Below, piece after piece: positions 63,260 to 64,000 of a stretch of DNA of 64,000 bases. The translations under genes were made by a program, and so were the position numbers. Position 1 is the first letter of the stretch. Every line of letters begins with the position of its first letter. Under the pieces are notes generated by a model that was not told the origin of the DNA, did no database searches, and saw only the letters and a list, made by a program, of their open reading frames with translations. Origin of the DNA: an uncultured delta proteobacterium (GTDB taxonomy: Bacteria; Desulfobacterota; Syntrophobacteria; Syntrophobacterales; Syntrophobacteraceae); the NCBI GenBank assembly GCA_963808625.1, contig CAWEHK010000022.1, positions 38,097-102,096 of the forward strand, read 5' to 3'.

Positions 63260-64000
63260 TTACTGCAATGACTTCCGTAAGCACGCCGGCGCCGACGGTG
63301 CGGCCGCCTTCGCGGATGGCGAAGCGGAGCTCTTTTTCGAGCGCCACCGGGGTGATCAGGTGCAACTTCCGTGCTGATGTTATCACCCGGCATGACCATC
63401 TCGACCCCTTCCGGCAGGGTCATAATACCCGTCACATCGGTCGTCCGGAAATAGAACTGGGGCCGGTAGCCGGGGAAAAACGGGGTGTGCCGCCCGCCTT
63501 CCTCTTTTTTCAGCACGTAGACTTCGGCCTTGAACTTGGTGTGCGGGGTGATCGGCGCGGGTTTGGCCACGACCTGGCCGCGCTCGACGTCATCCCGTTT
63601 GGTGCCGCGCAAGAAGCACGCCGACATTATCTCCCGCCTGACCCTGATCCAGCGTCTTGCGGAACATCTCGACCCCGGTGCAGACCGTCTTGAACGTGGG
63701 CTTGAAGCCGACGATCTCCACTTCCTCGCCCACCTTGACCATGCCCCGCTCCACCCGGCCCGTCACCACGGTGCCGCGGCCGCTGATCGAGAACACATCC
63801 TCGATCGGCATCAGGAAAGGCTTGTCGACATCGCGAACCGGATCGGGGATGTAAGCCATCAATCGCGTCCATCAGCTCAGCGACGCAGGCTGCCTCAGCG
63901 CTGTCCGGATCGTCGCTCTCGAGGGCCTTCAGGGCCGAACCCTTGACGATGGGAACGTCGTCTCCGGGAAAGCCGTACTTGGTCAGGAGCTCGCGCATCT
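63260..64000 (-). CDS. tuf: Elongation factor Tu, second copy, 3' part (5' end outside window; apparent indels)
   Basis: Near-identical to the 3' ~740 bp of the 48819-50012 copy; [41 protein letters not shown]. Confidence 0.97.

Noticed and set aside
63162..63386. EF-Tu C-terminal extension running into rpmG
   Set aside because: Removing one base (att gCag taa) restores VIE-stop as in the other copy; likely a sequencing error

Overview
Core-chromosome window from a Desulfobacterota (deltaproteobacterial) anaerobe. Gene order and protein sequences suggest a Syntrophobacterales-like organism; this is an inference, not a database hit. Left part (+): end of an Fe-type alcohol dehydrogenase, aldehyde:ferredoxin oxidoreductase, ThiS/MoaD-like protein, fused TIGR03960/TIGR03936 radical SAM gene, rng, hemL, a stand-alone F0 operon (atpZ-atpI-atpB-atpE) and rex. 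Middle (mostly -): a short uvrA, pdxA, a vapBC-type TA pair, an orphan DUF433 gene, lolA-ftsK-rnj-plsC, ssb, tatA, sirC-ccsA-hemA, a polyprenyl synthase, rimO and hypotheticals. Right half (-): the ribosomal superoperon from a second tuf through rpmG-secE-nusG-rplKAJL-rpoBC-rpsLG-tuf, S10, spc and alpha to rplQ. Many essential genes carry small indels (mostly single-base), best explained as uncorrected long-read errors, so coordinates of split genes are reconstructed by eye. No rRNA, tRNA, CRISPR or transposase was seen. Most notable observations: (i) nested palindromic intergenic cassettes built from short-period repeat arms, IS-like inverted ends and REP doublets, plus a TA module bounded by two inverted GTAG-type REPs; (ii) a UvrA that appears to lack the insertion domain; (iii) no fusA between rpsG and tuf; (iv) two noticeably diverged tuf copies; (v) Rex boxes before atpZ and rex; (vi) a ThiS-fold protein without the C-terminal Gly-Gly next to aor. 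None can be claimed as a new system without the searches listed.
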